Shown here piece after piece: positions 52,082 through 62,537 of a stretch of 64,000 nt of DNA. Origin of the DNA: Escherichia phage ECO340P1. Position numbers and translations under genes: made by a program. Below the pieces are notes generated by a model. It was not told the origin of the DNA and ran no database searches. It saw nothing but the letters and a program-made list of their open reading frames with translations. The stretch is from the sequence record OP172791. One strand, given 5' to 3'. Position 1 is the first letter of the stretch. The number at the start of each line of letters is the position of its first letter.

Positions 52082-54757
52082 TTAGTCGTAATATTTCAAA
52101 CCTGTAATGAACTTCGATCCCCAATCCGCACTTGCGGCGGTGAACGTCAACATCCAAGTTGTAGCTGTACCAGTGAAGACCTCTCGTTGCACAGTACCAT
52201 CAGTGTGGTAAATGTCCACGCCAGTATGTCCATTCTTAGGAATAGTGAAGGTAACAGCACTGGTAGTGTCTCGTGCATAAGAACAAACAAATGGTGTCCC
52301 CGCCCAAACTGGATTTGTCATATCACCCATCTCAAGCTGTGGAACCCAAGCAATAAGACCTGCCGTACCATCTCCTGCGAAAGTGTCTGATCCACTTGCA
52401 TTCAAAGCTATAATCTCATAGGTTATAGATGCTTGTTTGGCAACTGTCACTTTGTGTAGAATTACACGATACCAACCGTTCCCCATATCGATTATGTTTG
52501 CATCTGCACCTGTAAATGTTCCAGCTACAAGATCATAAGTCCCTTCGTTAATCTCATCTCCTGAAGTCAATTTGAGTTTCACTTTAGTGATCCCGTCTGG
52601 CTTCAAGAATACGGATGCCGCCCAGTGCTTACCTGCTGTAATATCAGAAGCTGTATTCACTGCTGATAAAATATGTTGTCCTGAAGTTGTAGAAGGTGTT
52701 AACTTGTAAGTGTTAGCCGTAGTTCCAACCGGAGAGTTGATTGTTGATGCTGTGACTGTCAAGTTCGTCTTCAACCACGGGGAAGCTGTTGTCAAGTTAT
52801 TGTTGATAAAGATATGTGTACGGTTGGCTGCTACAACACGTCTACCTTGTGGAGTTGTACCAACATATTCTAAAGGTGCTACGGGAGCAGAACTCTCTGT
52901 AGGTACAAGGATATCTCCAGAAGCCCTGGCATAACGGTTACTCCTGTTGACCTTTACATCCGCCGGAATAGTTTCTTGCGTCAAATCATAGTCCATCACA
53001 ATGACCACAGCATTCACTGTGAGATAAGAACTATCTTCGGCAGTTACCACACCTTGATAAGTTGCTCTACAACCGATACGACAACCTCCATCAGCAACCG
53101 CTGTAATAACGCCTGTAACGGGGTCAACTGTTGCTACCGTAGGGTCATTAGAGAAATACTCAACAACCACACCAGGTAAGCTTGCTGCTCCTGTTGGCGT
53201 TATTTCTGCTACCATTGTTTGTGTTGTTCCTACATCCATCGCAGATAAGCTAGGAGTGTAAACGCTCAATGTTGAAGCATATCCTCCAGAGGTATCTGAT
53301 AAAGTTGTTCCTTCAGCGTTTAAGGCTGTCATACCTGCATCAAAACCACCTTCTGCATGGAAAGTCATTAAACCAGTAGATGATATTGTCATGTTTGCAG
53401 GGGCAGAAGAAGTGTATTTAATATTGAAAAGTTTACCTCCTTCTGGGCTAACAGAATGTGTCAACTGTTTAGTTCCACCTACAATACAAATTCCTAAAGA
53501 ATCTGTAGTTAAGCCAGTTGCCAGAATATCACCCGTAATCACGGAGCTTGCTATTGGTGTGAATTTATTATAGTTTAGACCACTATTGAACAGATACGAG
53601 GCTTTCCCATCTTTCCAAATACCGGAATAATACATATCCCCGTTATAAACGAAAAAGGTTCCTTGATAACCTAATTGGTTAGTAATATCCATATTCAGCG
53701 TATGAACGCTTGTGAGCTTGTTTATATCCCAGGAACCCACTCCTTCAGGTTTAACTGGTTTTCCCACTTGGAGTGGATCTCCGCTCGCAGAATCATACCC
53801 CAAACCTAAGTTTGCAGTGTAGTTCTTACCAATAGCCCACAAGGAATTGTTGATCCCAACGAAAAAAGAGTGGCGGCTTGGTGGAAATTTCCATGTTGAG
53901 AAACCTGCTGCAAAGGTATCCAGTTTAGTGTAGGTTGTTTCTGTATTAGACCTGACATATAAGTAGTTTACCGTGCCCGTACCACCGGAGGTATCTCCTA
54001 CAACTATTGTCTGGGAAACTGTATTGATGTAATCTTTGACATACACTGTTTCAGTAGCGGATATCGTGGCATTGACAAAAGCGGTTGTTGTGTTATTATT
54101 ACCTGCTAAACCTTTACTAGCTCCACAAACACGCAAGGTTCCCACATTGTTGACATAAGAGCATTGGTTGTAACCTGCATCAAAAGCAACTGCTGAACTT
54201 GTTATCTGACGAGGAGTAGAAACTTCGTTAGTAGTGCTTGCACCTAAACTACCTACTGTGTTTTGACCCGATCCATAAAGAACACCACTATTCATTAACC
54301 AGAGAGTATTGTTATACCCTCCTTTAACCTCTTTAAGATTGGCTAAAGAAATAGTCCCTGTTATTACAGATGGAAAGCTGGTCCAAGTAGTTACACATGC
54401 ATCCGTACCACCTGCTGCTATAGATCCTACCAACCCTGCTGTCAATCCTGAATATTGCCATCCCCCACTGTTAGTTTTAATAACAAAACAACGATCTGCG
54501 GTAAACACATCCGCTACTACAGTAGAAGCTAAGTGGAAATTATTGAATCGTGCACTACGAGTTCCATCTGCAATCTCACCAAAGAGGTTTGCGCCTTGAG
54601 TAAACAATCTACCATCATTAAGCAAAATTGCCAAACTGCTGTTAGAATTACCAGCGTTATCTGGGTAATCTAAAGTAATTACTTTTTTAACAATACCTGC
54701 TGGCAGAGGAACGACACCAGTGCTGGTCATAATAGTAAATATTGGAATTGGAAACAT
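52082..54757 (-). CDS. large tail fiber / host-specificity protein with Ig-like (Big_2-like) domain
   Basis: 891 aa Gly/Thr/Ser-rich protein; SD GGAGGG; Ig-like segment VATVDPVTGVITAVADG. Confidence 0.7.
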   Translation of the reverse strand: MFPIPIFTIMTSTGVVPLPAGIVKKVITLDYPDNAGNSNSSLAILLNDGRLFTQGANLFGEIADGTRSARFNNFHLASTVVADVFTADRCFVIKTNSGGWQYSGLTAGLVGSIAAGGTDACVTTWTSFPSVITGTISLANLKEVKGGYNNTLWLMNSGVLYGSGQNTVGSLGASTTNEVSTPRQITSSAVAFDAGYNQCSYVNNVGTLRVCGASKGLAGNNNTTTAFVNATISATETVYVKDYINTVSQTIVVGDTSGGTGTVNYLYVRSNTETTYTKLDTFAAGFSTWKFPPSRHSFFVGINNSLWAIGKNYTANLGLGYDSASGDPLQVGKPVKPEGVGSWDINKLTSVHTLNMDITNQLGYQGTFFVYNGDMYYSGIWKDGKASYLFNSGLNYNKFTPIASSVITGDILATGLTTDSLGICIVGGTKQLTHSVSPEGGKLFNIKYTSSAPANMTISSTGLMTFHAEGGFDAGMTALNAEGTTLSDTSGGYASTLSVYTPSLSAMDVGTTQTMVAEITPTGAASLPGVVVEYFSNDPTVATVDPVTGVITAVADGGCRIGCRATYQGVVTAEDSSYLTVNAVVIVMDYDLTQETIPADVKVNRSNRYARASGDILVPTESSAPVAPLEYVGTTPQGRRVVAANRTHIFINNNLTTASPWLKTNLTVTASTINSPVGTTANTYKLTPSTTSGQHILSAVNTASDITAGKHWAASVFLKPDGITKVKLKLTSGDEINEGTYDLVAGTFTGADANIIDMGNGWYRVILHKVTVAKQASITYEIIALNASGSDTFAGDGTAGLIAWVPQLEMGDMTNPVWAGTPFVCSYARDTTSAVTFTIPKNGHTGVDIYHTDGTVQREVFTGTATTWMLTFTAASADWGSKFITGLKYYD

Positions 54758-54765
54758 TTAAACCC

Positions 54766-54794
54766 TCCATAAAAAGAAAGCCCCTTTCGGGGCT
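54766..54794 (-). terminator. terminator-like hairpin between the two tail fiber genes
   Basis: AGCCCC-GAAA-GGGGCT then TTTCTTTTTAT on minus strand, overlapping the SD of the downstream fiber gene. Confidence 0.45.
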
Positions 54795-54798
54795 TCTG

Positions 54799-56823
54799 TT
54801 ATCGTGTTACAACAACCATGTCCACGATATTACCCACACCAGGATACGTTAATTGCAAAATTGTTACTGCGTTAGCAGTAGTTGCTATTTCTGTATCATT
54901 CAGTGCTCCATAAGACGCATCTAGTGTAACCGTGTGTCCCGTTGTATCTTGAATCAAATAAATCATTGCTGAAAATGCTTTAGGTTTTGTAGATCCAGTG
55001 ACACCAGGCCATGCTCCAACTGTCAGAGCGTCAGTTACTGTAACAACATACATATTGGAAGTTCCAGAAGGAGTCCAAGATGCTCCAGAGTTGGCAGTAG
55101 TTGTTTCAAGTTCCATGAAACCTGCTGTAACTTTAGTTGGTGTTATAGCTTCTGTAGGATCTGATCCTGATATTTCGATCCAGTTCCCATCAGAACGACC
55201 ATACGTCAAGCCGTCTTGAGGTGCTTCTGGTATACTAGGAAGAGTTCCTATAAGTGTCCACGTAGAAGAATCTGTTTTCTTGAACACTGCTCCAGTGGTA
55301 GTATTGAAGGCGTAATCATTGATAACACCATCTCCTGCGACTGGATTAGTTGTTGCTACAAACCACTGTGCGCCGTCCTTACCGTTGGTCCCATCTGTAC
55401 CGTTGGTTCCGTTTGTTCCAGGATCACCCTTATCTCCTTTATCCCCTTTTTCACCTTTGTCGCCTTTAATACTTCCCATGTCAACAAAAGATGCGGAATT
55501 GGTGTCTTGATCGTAGGTATAGATATAAAGATTACTAGTATCTTCAGTTAAGTAGGCATCACCATAGTTATTATAAACAGGGAGAGCTTCACTGTTCGGA
55601 ACATGACCTTTAGCTGTAATTGATGTTCCTCCAAGACTGCCAACATTCATCCATTCTGTAGCATCTTGAACCCAAACATACAAATCATTATTAATTTTAT
55701 ATGCATCACCTACTTCTCCAGTAGGAGGAAGTTCAGCTTCACTGTTCAGAACCCCGATAATCTCTAAGCCTGATCCTGTTGCACCCACTGGTCCTTGTGG
55801 ACCTAGTTCACCTTGTGGACCTCGCTCTCCTTGATCACCCTTGTCTCCTTTTGGACCTTTAAGTGAGTCAATAAAATCTACTTCTGTCCCTTCATTACCA
55901 GCATCCAGCCAACTTTGATATGCAGATTTCCCTTCATCTCCATCTGTTCCATCAAGACCGTCTTTACCTGCCTCACCTTGTGGACCTTGAGGACCAACAA
56001 TATTACCCATGTTGACCCAAGCTGTCCCATTAGAGACATAAAGATTACCATTGATAGAATAAGCTTGGCTTACGTTTTCAGAGTTAGGTTGTGGTAAGTT
56101 ACTTGTAGAAGGTAAATCCCCACGATAATCAAAACCGTTGGCGTTAACACCAGGTGCTCCCTGTGGCCCTGTAGGACCAACATCACCTTTATCACCTTTT
56201 ATAGAGGTAAGAAAGTCATAAACAGATCCTGTATTACCATCTGCCAACCATACCTCATAAGCTGATTTCCCTTCTGGTCCAAGAGAAGAAATAAGTTTCC
56301 AAACAGAACCATCCCAAGCATAGATTACATCGCCTACGATATAACCGTCCCCTGCAACGTTACCTGTAGATGGTAGCTCACTAGTGCTTGCTAATGATCC
56401 TTTAATATTAAGTTGAGCACCAGTATCTCCTTTCAAAGAAGCAAGCCATTGTGCTTCTGTTCCAACAAAACCATTATCAAGTGCGATCTGATAAGCTGAT
56501 TTACCAGCTTCAGGTATTGTTTCCGACAGATCATCGATCTGTTGCTGCACTGCCGTAAACTTGGCATTGATAATTGCTATATCATCAGCGGTCCCAACAT
56601 TTTGCCATGCAAGGGAAGAAATACCACCTGTGGTGGCTGGTGTAGAGTTTGCTGGAACTACTTTAGGAAAAGTTCCTTTCCATTGGTAATAATTCCCTTC
56701 TGCTGCTAACAGCAAAACTTCACGGGAATTACGTAATGTAAAACCTGCCTCAAAACTGCGACGTTTTCGATAAGTAGCTTCTACCAGATCGGCTATCGCA
56801 CTATTAGGTCTTGTTAAATTCAT
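54799..56823 (-). CDS. tail fiber protein with collagen-like Gly-X-Y repeats
   Basis: Gly-X-Y runs (GDKGDVGPTGPQGAPG, GPQGPQGEAGKDG, GDKGEKGDKGDKGDPG) and three GKSAY..WL..G...(W/F).(A/S/T)(S/L)(I/L)KG repeats. Confidence 0.75.
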   Translation of the reverse strand: MNLTRPNSAIADLVEATYRKRRSFEAGFTLRNSREVLLLAAEGNYYQWKGTFPKVVPANSTPATTGGISSLAWQNVGTADDIAIINAKFTAVQQQIDDLSETIPEAGKSAYQIALDNGFVGTEAQWLASLKGDTGAQLNIKGSLASTSELPSTGNVAGDGYIVGDVIYAWDGSVWKLISSLGPEGKSAYEVWLADGNTGSVYDFLTSIKGDKGDVGPTGPQGAPGVNANGFDYRGDLPSTSNLPQPNSENVSQAYSINGNLYVSNGTAWVNMGNIVGPQGPQGEAGKDGLDGTDGDEGKSAYQSWLDAGNEGTEVDFIDSLKGPKGDKGDQGERGPQGELGPQGPVGATGSGLEIIGVLNSEAELPPTGEVGDAYKINNDLYVWVQDATEWMNVGSLGGTSITAKGHVPNSEALPVYNNYGDAYLTEDTSNLYIYTYDQDTNSASFVDMGSIKGDKGEKGDKGDKGDPGTNGTNGTDGTNGKDGAQWFVATTNPVAGDGVINDYAFNTTTGAVFKKTDSSTWTLIGTLPSIPEAPQDGLTYGRSDGNWIEISGSDPTEAITPTKVTAGFMELETTTANSGASWTPSGTSNMYVVTVTDALTVGAWPGVTGSTKPKAFSAMIYLIQDTTGHTVTLDASYGALNDTEIATTANAVTILQLTYPGVGNIVDMVVVTR

Positions 56824-56850
56824 TTATCTCTCCTATCATTAGACCATTCT

Positions 56851-56880
56851 ATTGGAAGAAGAGGGGGAATCCCCCCCTCT
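56851..56880 (-). terminator. possible terminator after tailspike gene
   Basis: AGAGGGGG-AAT-CCCCCTCT hairpin followed by TTCTTCC on minus strand. Confidence 0.45.
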
Positions 56881-56886
56881 ATTCCA

Positions 56887-59800
56887 TTAGGTTGTTGGCA
56901 CATCTACTACTGGCGTTGGGCGAATAACTGCAGTATTACCTACAGAAACATTACTGGAATCATTAGGTATGGTTTTAATTCTAACTCCAGCACTTGTAGG
57001 CGTTACAATTGGATCTGCAATGTCTATTTTAACTGGGTTAGTCCACGTATCATTATCTTGATAAGGTGCACGAGTAATAACTGTGTCCAAATCTGCTCCA
57101 CCTACGCCAGCACCAGGAATACGGATACGTGTCCCTGCTGACAGAGGGTAATGATACAACCAAGAAGCATTTGTTGCTGTCCCGTTAGGAGTCAAGTTCT
57201 GTGTCAGGAAGGTATCTCCTGCCTGTGTAGCTCGAATACCGAAAGCTGGGATATCTGGAATATATGCCCCACTTGTTGTTACAAGGAAGAACGTATTATC
57301 CGCCTTGACTATCATATCACCTTTGTCAAACTCTTTCCCTGTTGGGAAATGCATTCCATCAATGTTTCGACTAGGATTAGGCTCTAAGTAATAAACTTTG
57401 CCCGTTGTCCCTACAATAGCTCCAATACCACCTGCGATATTGGTATACATATTAGCTTCAACATTACAGTTGACACGATGAATATCCGAGTAACGGCAAC
57501 GGCTCCACTGTGGACGACCAGTAACCATCGTCTTGCCATCTGGGTAACAGTTTACGTTAACCATTTCAAGAACAGATTTTTCTCTACGGAAGAATCCATC
57601 ATAAAATGTCCCTGGACCAGATTCAGGTTGACCAACACAATCGAAGATATTACAGGTGATGTTAGACATTGAAAGCCAAGAAGCTATACCGAACAACTGC
57701 AATGCAGCGCAACGAATATTTTCAAAGCTAACTCTGTTTTCATAACCTGGCCCAGCGGAAACTCCCGCAAAAACACGCCCAGTTTTGGTGTGAATGTTAC
57801 GAACAGAATAGTTAAAACATGGATTTGAAGGTCTGCCCTGTGCCGGAACTACCGGATTACCCTCTTCGTCCAGAACTGCGTTAGTTCCCCACTCCAAATA
57901 AATCATACGGATATTACTTGCAAGTGTGCTACCGTCTGTTTTAGGCTCTCCATAAACACCGTCAATCGTAAAATCTTTACTTCCGTACATTACAACTGCG
58001 CCAGTTGCCAAACCTGTCCCAACAGATACAGTCTGATCTGGATCGCCATGAATGTTTTCGATAGAGATATTACGACCAACTTCTACGTGGACAATCTGAC
58101 GACAACGTTTTGCAAAAACGTTACGAATTGTAATATTCTTGCAATATTGATCATCAGGGATTCCGTAACCATATGGTCCTTTACCAGCTACACCGATACC
58201 GATACCCCAGTTGGACAGAGGAATAGGAGCGTTAGTCCCATCGATATTAGACAGGTAAATATTCTCAATCACACAACCATCGTCATAATGTTTATTGATG
58301 ACGTTCAGTTCTATTGCATCACCTTGCATGTCCATGAAGGTAAGGTTACGGAAGACACCACGTGTTACTGGTTCCCCTGTTCCTTGTTGAAGGATGCCAT
58401 ACAACCCGTTTTTAAAAGTACAGTTATCAATTTCAAAAGTACCTGATATTGGGTTGCCTTGGAATACCAAGCTACCAACTTGACCTGCGCGAGGAGCACC
58501 GTCCCACAAACAATCGAACATGCGCACAGCACCACCCCAATACATAACACGAGAGTTACGGAAAGTTGTGCCTTCTACTGTAGCATTTTGCACACGATAG
58601 TCGCGTTGACCACGGAACACACCCCCACGCAAAGTGATACCTTGAATATCAAAAGAGCTTGTCGTGAAAGTCATATCGCAACCGTAAGCATCGAGAATCT
58701 TGCTTTTCGAAGATTTTGCTGCTAACAGTGCCGCTTGGAAAGCTGCTTCTGGTGTGGTATAGGTAGTTGTATTGTTAGCAAATTCGGACAAGTAGACAAC
58801 ATCGAATAAATCGTTGTATGTTCCACCACGAGGGGTTAACAGTCCTTCTGTATTAGTCAGAACCCATGCATTTGGACCTAATCCTCCGCTCGTCTCCAAG
58901 GTATCGGAAGCCAAAATACTTTTTGGTAAACTTCCAGCCCAACGATAACGACCAGCGCCACGTCCAATCGTCTGATTTTTAGCTGTCAGAGTTACATTAT
59001 TACCAAAGCTTGTAGGCAAATGAACAAACTGTCCACGCTCAACAGCCAGTGCAGAAAGGTCTACAGATCCTCCAGAATAAGTCATTACTCCAGAAACAGA
59101 CAAGGATGTTAAAGTGCCTGTAATGTTAGGAGGTAATGTGTAGGAAGACTGCGCTACCGGATCATACAGAGCTTTAATCCCTGTTAACGATTGACCTGCT
59201 GTTGCGTAAGCCACCTCATCATCTAACAAACCATACTTACGAGCAATAGTTTGCAGAGGGACTTTATCCATGCTTTCTGTTAGTTCTTCCGTTTTTGTTT
59301 CTAAACTAACAAGACGGTTCTCTAGATTAGGATCTGTATCTGCTGAAGCTACGATTTTGCCAATATAAGCAAAAAGTTTGTTTGGCAGTCCTGTTGCAGG
59401 ATCGTGTCCCAAAGGTTCAGATAAGATGATCTTACTATCTTCTATACGGAAAGCTTCCCCCAGAACCTGAATAACACCATTGATCGTAACAATAGCACTA
59501 TCAAAGATGTAAGGAGGACTAATTACTGTTTCATAACCAGTTGCACCAGAATATACCCAAGGGGTGACTTCTGTTGCCAATTGTTCTGTCTTCAGTCCCC
59601 ACAATACCCAGTTGTTATCTCCTACTGGAGTCCCTTGCATAGGGATTGGGTTAACCAATGTAGCGTTAGGGGCATAGTAATAACCGCTCAATACTCCATT
59701 CTGGAAATAACGAAGTTGGTTAAAAACTGTTTCGTTTGTGCCTTGCGCCCAATCCAATGGGCTTTTAAAGAAAAAGTTGTCAACAAGGGCTTTTCTCAGG

Positions 59801-59940
59801 GTTGGTATCAACCCTGATTCTGTTTCAATACTCTCTGTAGCACTTCCATTAATAACATCATGGAGTTGGTTAGATGAGAAAATAACCAGGTCTACGCCCT
59901 GTTCGAGAGACGTTGCTGGATATGTTGGGAATGTTGCCAT
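56887..59940 (-). CDS. tailspike protein with right-handed beta-helix (pectate-lyase-like) putative depolymerase domain
   Basis: 1017 aa; repetitive Asn/Gly/Thr-rich beta-helix-like central region; SD AAGGGG. Confidence 0.75.
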   Translation of the reverse strand: MATFPTYPATSLEQGVDLVIFSSNQLHDVINGSATESIETESGLIPTLRKALVDNFFFKSPLDWAQGTNETVFNQLRYFQNGVLSGYYYAPNATLVNPIPMQGTPVGDNNWVLWGLKTEQLATEVTPWVYSGATGYETVISPPYIFDSAIVTINGVIQVLGEAFRIEDSKIILSEPLGHDPATGLPNKLFAYIGKIVASADTDPNLENRLVSLETKTEELTESMDKVPLQTIARKYGLLDDEVAYATAGQSLTGIKALYDPVAQSSYTLPPNITGTLTSLSVSGVMTYSGGSVDLSALAVERGQFVHLPTSFGNNVTLTAKNQTIGRGAGRYRWAGSLPKSILASDTLETSGGLGPNAWVLTNTEGLLTPRGGTYNDLFDVVYLSEFANNTTTYTTPEAAFQAALLAAKSSKSKILDAYGCDMTFTTSSFDIQGITLRGGVFRGQRDYRVQNATVEGTTFRNSRVMYWGGAVRMFDCLWDGAPRAGQVGSLVFQGNPISGTFEIDNCTFKNGLYGILQQGTGEPVTRGVFRNLTFMDMQGDAIELNVINKHYDDGCVIENIYLSNIDGTNAPIPLSNWGIGIGVAGKGPYGYGIPDDQYCKNITIRNVFAKRCRQIVHVEVGRNISIENIHGDPDQTVSVGTGLATGAVVMYGSKDFTIDGVYGEPKTDGSTLASNIRMIYLEWGTNAVLDEEGNPVVPAQGRPSNPCFNYSVRNIHTKTGRVFAGVSAGPGYENRVSFENIRCAALQLFGIASWLSMSNITCNIFDCVGQPESGPGTFYDGFFRREKSVLEMVNVNCYPDGKTMVTGRPQWSRCRYSDIHRVNCNVEANMYTNIAGGIGAIVGTTGKVYYLEPNPSRNIDGMHFPTGKEFDKGDMIVKADNTFFLVTTSGAYIPDIPAFGIRATQAGDTFLTQNLTPNGTATNASWLYHYPLSAGTRIRIPGAGVGGADLDTVITRAPYQDNDTWTNPVKIDIADPIVTPTSAGVRIKTIPNDSSNVSVGNTAVIRPTPVVDVPTT

Positions 59941-59943
59941 TAA

Positions 59944-60279
59944 TTACCCCTTATTCTGTGTACGTTTAACTATGTCATCTAGCATCATTTGGATAGTCGC
60001 ATTCTTGAGGTCCATAATCTTTTCAATTTTTTGCTCAAGGGTGTTATTATTTGCCATTAATGTAGAGTTAATTTGATTTAGCATCTGGGTAAGTTCGGCT
60101 TTAGTTGCATAAGTTGATTCAACAAAGACCAACTTCTTCTCTAGCTCTCGACTTTTCTCCTCCATTTCCTCAAGATCAGAGCCGAATTTATCCATTTTTT
60201 GTTTGAAAAAGAACCAGATGACTCCGATTAAAGGGATTATTGCATCCTTTGCAAGTCCCCATGCTTCTTGAAATTCCAT
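59944..60279 (-). CDS. membrane-anchored coiled-coil protein (111 aa)
   Basis: N-terminal TM segment IIPLIGVIWFFF; helical remainder. Confidence 0.5.
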   Translation of the reverse strand: MEFQEAWGLAKDAIIPLIGVIWFFFKQKMDKFGSDLEEMEEKSRELEKKLVFVESTYATKAELTQMLNQINSTLMANNNTLEQKIEKIMDLKNATIQMMLDDIVKRTQNKG

Positions 60280-60288
60280 AGTGATCCC

Positions 60289-60834
60289 TTATTCTGTCGG
60301 TAATGTAGGCCAATCTATAGCGTAAGGATAGTCTTTTTGAAGCGGAACACGATTTAGTTTAACTACATAAACTTGAAGATTTTTAAGATAAGCTAATTCG
60401 TCTTCAGTAGCCATTTCTAAATCTTTAGCATACTGTAAAGGTGTTATAAGTGCTACCGCTGTTTCTTGTAAAGAGCGAATTTTTGCACTAGCTTGTGTCA
60501 TCAACTCTTCACGGGAATACTCTTTATCCTTAAGAGTTAAGGTTTCTAAATCCAGAACCTTGTTCCTAATATCCTCAAAAGTATCTATATTAAAGTCTAC
60601 TTGTGCTATAGAAAGATCTTCAGGGCAAAGTAGTGTAGGATCAGTATTCCAAAACACAATACGATTTTGATCATCAAAAACGACTTTCATTTTATCGTTA
60701 TTGAATTCTGTGCTACGTAAATCATACCAATCGTAACCTTGATCGCAACGAAGAAAAAGAATGTTCTCTGCTTCTACCAATTCTTTTAGTTCAGGGTCTT
60801 CAGGAATATATTTTTTAAAGTTTGTAAATATCAT
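60289..60834 (-). CDS. tail fiber assembly protein (Tfa-like chaperone)
   Basis: Directly downstream of tail fiber gene; C-terminus VPLQKDYPYAIDWPTLP resembles conserved Tfa C-terminus. Confidence 0.65.
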   Translation of the reverse strand: MIFTNFKKYIPEDPELKELVEAENILFLRCDQGYDWYDLRSTEFNNDKMKVVFDDQNRIVFWNTDPTLLCPEDLSIAQVDFNIDTFEDIRNKVLDLETLTLKDKEYSREELMTQASAKIRSLQETAVALITPLQYAKDLEMATEDELAYLKNLQVYVVKLNRVPLQKDYPYAIDWPTLPTE

Positions 60835-61896
60835 TTAGCCTCCAATATCGTACCAGTTTCCGTTAACGTTGCGCTGGAGGCGTTTGAAGTAAACCCCACC
60901 GATGTTATCCGCAGAGCTACGTCCTGTTTCCTGTACGATAATACCAGAAAGAACATAACCAGAAGAACAGATATAAGTCCAAGAAACCTCGTTCCCTGGT
61001 GGATAATACACACCTTGGCTAGTATAACGAATATCTCTTACAAAGGTTCCGTTAGCATAATTGTAGTTATTTGTAATCTGACTTTGATGATTACTTTCTA
61101 CATTGTTTATACGGGAAGAAAGGTTGCTGTTAACATTATTCAAGTTATTTTGAACAGTGTTAATATTCGTCTGCAATGTGTTCTGAAGGGAAGTCAAACG
61201 AGAGTTCAGATAATCTAAACGAACTAAAGCATTTCCGTTAGAAGTATCTTGTCCACTGTTTGATCTTGGATTATCTATTAGAACATAACCTGCATCATAT
61301 AAACGAACACCTGCCGATACACTACCTGTGCTAGGATTTCTACGATAAATATAAAGCTGACCTCCGCTTTGATACTCGGCAGAAATCTCACCATTTGTTT
61401 GTCCTGCAAAGTTTTTGAAGAACAGTGTTGCAGGATCTGTTGTGGAAGTACCGTTAACATAAACATCGCCACCATAAATAGCACCACCCGCATCACGTTT
61501 TACCAGCACGTTTGGTGTTACTGTTGAACTAGTGGCATCTGTAATGTTTGCCGACAAGTGATTATGACTGTTATCTTGAACCTGGATAGATAAAGTAACT
61601 TCTTTGTTACCGTTCCAAGTGGCCTCACCAGTAGCATCACCTGCCATTGTAATCTTAGTTCCCACTAAAGGCAAGTAGGTATTAGGTAAAGTTGGAAGAA
61701 AATCATCCACCAAATAGCGAATCCATAAACCGATATTATTAAGAATCCAGTTCATTTCTTCGCAAGTCATGATTTGACCATAATCCATACCAACTGTGCG
61801 GATGGTTTCTTTAGGTCTAATTTTGTTTGTGTTTAAAGTTCCTGGGAGCGTTACAGTTTGTGTAGCCCAGTCAGGATAATATATTGGCTTCGCCAT
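60835..61896 (-). CDS. tail fiber protein
   Basis: 353 aa Asn/Ser/Thr-rich fiber-like protein between baseplate genes and Tfa; SD AAGGAG. Confidence 0.7.
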   Translation of the reverse strand: MAKPIYYPDWATQTVTLPGTLNTNKIRPKETIRTVGMDYGQIMTCEEMNWILNNIGLWIRYLVDDFLPTLPNTYLPLVGTKITMAGDATGEATWNGNKEVTLSIQVQDNSHNHLSANITDATSSTVTPNVLVKRDAGGAIYGGDVYVNGTSTTDPATLFFKNFAGQTNGEISAEYQSGGQLYIYRRNPSTGSVSAGVRLYDAGYVLIDNPRSNSGQDTSNGNALVRLDYLNSRLTSLQNTLQTNINTVQNNLNNVNSNLSSRINNVESNHQSQITNNYNYANGTFVRDIRYTSQGVYYPPGNEVSWTYICSSGYVLSGIIVQETGRSSADNIGGVYFKRLQRNVNGNWYDIGG

Positions 61897-61905
61897 TTAA
61901 ACTCC

Positions 61906-62535
61906 TTAATCTATTTGCTTGAGAAGCGTACACATGCGTCCTGTTTCATCCCCAGTAGATTCCATGTACAGGGAACCTAAACCACCAATACCATGAGGCG
62001 GTTTGGTAGCATAATAAGAACTAAAACCAAAAGCTGATCCTGCTTTTGCTCCAAGACGGTAGCTACTAATAATAGGGAAAACACTTAGCAACTGCTCTAA
62101 AGCTTGATCAGATTGAAGACACAGGTTGTAGAAAAACACATCAAAGGTTTTATTCAAACCTACGTAAGTATTAAGCGTTTCACGCTCTGTTCCTGTGAAA
62201 CGGGCGAAGATATCAATTATGTCGCCACGAGTCCCCGATGAGGCTACGCGGTAAGCCCTGATTTTTAATATTGTTCTATACTCTTCATCATCAGAGCCAT
62301 TACGTTCGATCCCCATTTCTTCCCCTAGAATATCTAGGTATTTGCCTGTGGCTGTAGAGATCAAGCGGTGTTTAGCAAGATAGATCATTGCCTGATCTAT
62401 CTTTTGCTTTTCACTGGATACGATGTAGAGGAGCTTGACAATGTTAGGAGAAGATTTAAAATCTTCAATCAGAAGGTTTTTAACATCTTCATTGATACTG
62501 GCCCAAGTTGTTACATGGTCAACACTCACTGCCAT
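61906..62535 (-). CDS. baseplate protein (P2 gpI-like position)
   Basis: Position between baseplate J and tail fiber, as in P2 J-I-H-G order; no confident motif. Confidence 0.5.
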   Translation of the reverse strand: MAVSVDHVTTWASINEDVKNLLIEDFKSSPNIVKLLYIVSSEKQKIDQAMIYLAKHRLISTATGKYLDILGEEMGIERNGSDDEEYRTILKIRAYRVASSGTRGDIIDIFARFTGTERETLNTYVGLNKTFDVFFYNLCLQSDQALEQLLSVFPIISSYRLGAKAGSAFGFSSYYATKPPHGIGGLGSLYMESTGDETGRMCTLLKQID

Positions 62536-62537
62536 TT

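Noticed and set aside
52187-59817. Many short plus-strand ORFs inside the tail fiber and tailspike genes
   Set aside because: All lie antisense within long, well-supported minus-strand structural genes and lack ribosome-binding sites.
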